Shown: positions 61,584 to 64,000 of the stretch, in pieces
How positions within the stretch are numbered: the stretch's first letter is position 1
Layout of the letters: each line of letters opens with the position of its first letter
Source: Rhizaria sp. SCN 62-66
Taxonomy: Eukaryota
Direction: 5' to 3'
Length of the DNA: 64,000 bases
NCBI GenBank assembly: GCA_001724265.1
Contig: MEDY01000128.1
Coordinates: 1 to 64,000 of the forward strand
Translations under genes and position numbers: made by a program
The notes under the pieces: generated by a model
What the model was told of the DNA's origin: nothing
The model's input: the letters and a program-made list of their open reading frames with translations, nothing else
Databases searched by the model: none

Positions 61584-64000
61584 AAGCGAGCGACGACAGT
61601 CTCGACGGTGCTGACGGCGAAGACAACGATAACGAAGACAAGACCAACACTGGTACCAACGGCGTCGCAGTCGACGATGATGATGTCGATATCGACATCT
61701 CTTTGTCTGACACTGGCAACGCCAGCAAGGACAGTGTCGCCGTCGATAACAGCAAGGCAACTGGCTTCGTTCTTCGTCTCGCTGGTGTCAGCGCTCATGA
61801 CCAGAGTGTAAGTACTCCGAGCAGGAATCTAAGTACCCCCGGCTCTGCCGTGAGCGGCCGCAAACCCTCCAGGTGGGCTGCCAACGCGGCGGGACAAGGC
61901 GGCGTCCCACTGTTTATTCCGCGCATCAACAACGCCGCTCTGTCCAGCACTTTCACGAACAACGACACTGACAACGACAACGATGACAACGGGGTTAGTG
62001 GCAGCACGAGCCTGAAGTCTGACGTTGTCGTTAACGCGAAGAAGGCTGACGATAAGAGTGCGGTTTACAGCGTGAAGTCTGGTAAGACTGCACTGACTGC
62101 TGATGCTGATGCGAAGGACGACGCTGTTGTCAGCGGTGACAACGATCTTGGCTACGGAGACCCGACGCAGCAGTACAACAACAAGTACACCAACAAGTTT
62201 GCGAACATCAAGCTGCACAATAACACCAGCAGCAAGAATAGCACGATCGATAAACACGCCGACGCCGACGCCGCCGATGACGACGATGATGGCGCGAGCT
62301 CGAGCACGAGCGCGTCCTTCCACCTCCGCATCGCTGACGCTGACGACGACGACGATGACGGCGACTACGACAACGACGGCGACGATGACGCCCGCGGTCA
62401 CTTGCGCAGCGGCGGCGTGGCGCGGGTTGGCACGGGCAGGCGCAGAGTCACCAGCGCGTCGCGACTGCAACGGGCCCCCGTCACCACCACGGCGTCCGCC
62501 GCGACCGCAGCCGCAGCCAGTGCGAGTGCGCTGAACAGCAACGCCAGTAGCGTGGACTCCAGTGGCGCCAGTGCCCGCGTCGTCAACAGCGCCGGCTCTG
62601 CTTCGACGACGAGCTCTCGCGACGCCTCCGCCGACGGCGGTGTCAAGCAGAGCGGCCTGACTGCGCGGCGGCAGAAGCCCGTGTTGTTCCGCATGGAGTC
62701 GCCACTGGCCTCGGCCGCGACGCTGCGCCGCGCGGACCTGGGGCTGCAGCAGGCGCTGGCCGAGTACAACACCGCCATCACGACCGGCGCTGCGGCGGGC
62801 GGGAAATCGGGCCATATCCCCGCCGCGCCTACCGCTGCTGTCGGCGCCGCCCAGCCCGACCCTCAGACTCAGCCCGCGCTTGGTAGCGCCGCTGCCGCTA
62901 ACGCCGCTACCGCTAACGCCGCCGCTGCCGTGAGCGCCTTCGGCAGCGTCGTCAGCGTGGGCGGCGCCGCCGTGGTGCTGGCGCGGCAGCCGTCTCGTCG
63001 CAGCGCGCTGCGCCGCATTGGCTCCAGCCGCGCCGCCACGGGGCCGGTCGTCGCGACTGCGGCCGATAGCACGGCTGCGACTCAAGCGTTGGCCGCTGCG
63101 GCCACCGCGACTGAGGCGCCCAGTAGGACTGAGCCAGCGGCTGCGGCTGCGGCCGCGGCTGAGGCGGCTCCTGTGGCTCCTGTGGCTGCGGCTGCAGGCA
63201 TGCCTGGGCTCAAGCGGCAGCCGTCGTTGCGCTCGTCATTCAGTGCTAGTTTCTACAACAATCATAACGGCAGTAGTGCACTGAGCAGTTTCAACGCAAA
63301 CGGAAGCAGCTAGAGCAGCTTTAACACACATAACAACAGCAGCAACACTGCTAGCGATACTACGGATTCTTCTGCTACTACGACGGACTCCGCCACTGCA
63401 GCCGATGTCGCTGCTGTTGACGATGCTGCTGCGGGTGCTACCCCCGCTGTCGCGCTTGATAGCGCTGGCACTGAGTCGAACACTGAGACAAAGGATGCTG
63501 ATACTGCTGCTGCGACCACAGCGGCTGCGGACGAGATCGAGACGGAGACGAAGACTGATGCCCAGACCACTCCCGCGCCCGCGACGGTGACTGCCCCCAC
63601 GCGCACTGTGCTCAACAGCGCGATCGGTGGCGACAGCAGTGACAGCGACAGCGAACCCACCGGCGTCGACCTCAGCAGTCTCATGGCTGCTCGCAACACG
63701 GGAGAGAGGAGCGATGCTGAGGCCGGCAGCAGCGACAGCGTTGGCGCCACAGATAAACCCGAGCCGACGACTGTTGTCATTGACGAAATCAACGACTACA
63801 AGAACGCCAACAACGTTCCCACCGGCGACGACATGGACGTCGAGGACGACTACAGCGAGTTCGAAGAGGAGGCCCTCGAGGGTCCTACGCCGGCCATCAC
63901 TCCCTCGGCCTCCAACGCCAGCGGTCACCCTCATGGTGCGGTGACACCGCGGAAGCAGCAGAAACACGCTGCGACGCCCACCGCCGCGCACGGCCGCGGG
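52308..64000 (+). CDS. WDR62: WDR62/MAPKBP1-like WD40 protein, >3,790 aa, running off the window; 3 exons seen, one in-frame TAG (63311-63313)
   Basis: Exons are 52308-54908, 55059-56808 and 56961->64000. Introns 54909-55058 (GTACGT...TAG, phase 0) and 56809-56960 (GTACTT...TAG, phase 1) keep frame. Ordered motifs matching MAPKBP1/WDR62 are LVAVPAGASV, IVSLAFSP, AGESG, EKWVSAK, HEGAVTALSF, LLTASQDSLVHVID and LDPSGSCLAAALSDGRVRLLD...HVSALEFAPDC...GADGVVAQWALP. Confidence 0.85.

Noticed and set aside
1-64000. Transposon, retroelement or integrated virus
   Set aside because: No transposase, reverse transcriptase, integrase or capsid motifs, and no terminal repeats, were recognised.

Overview
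Eukaryotic nuclear DNA from a probably flagellated protist (it has CFAP161 and PEX7). Exons are GC-rich, and introns (GT-AG, about 100-640 nt) and spacers are AT-richer. There are about 16 protein genes. The recognisable housekeeping genes are RPL30 (3' end), RIO2, PEX7, RPL14, CFAP161, eIF3d, a TMEM134/230-like gene, a prenylcysteine-oxidase-like gene and a giant WDR62/MAPKBP1-like gene. The rest are a 3,693-aa zf-4CXXC_R1 protein, a Raw/NDT-like protein, a telobox-Myb-like protein, a B-box/coiled-coil protein, a small secreted protein, a small HNH-like protein, an intron-containing member of a family I recall from phages, bacteria and fungi, and two decayed gene fragments. Main observation: five in-frame TAG codons lie inside otherwise continuous coding sequence of four genes (6916-6918, 6718-6720, 39518-39520, 51489-51491, 63311-63313). 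In contrast, all 15 gene ends I can model use TAA (10) or TGA (5), and none uses TAG. This points to a variant nuclear genetic code in which UAG alone is a rare sense codon, most likely Gln from context, with Leu not excluded. All family assignments come from remembered motifs, not database searches.
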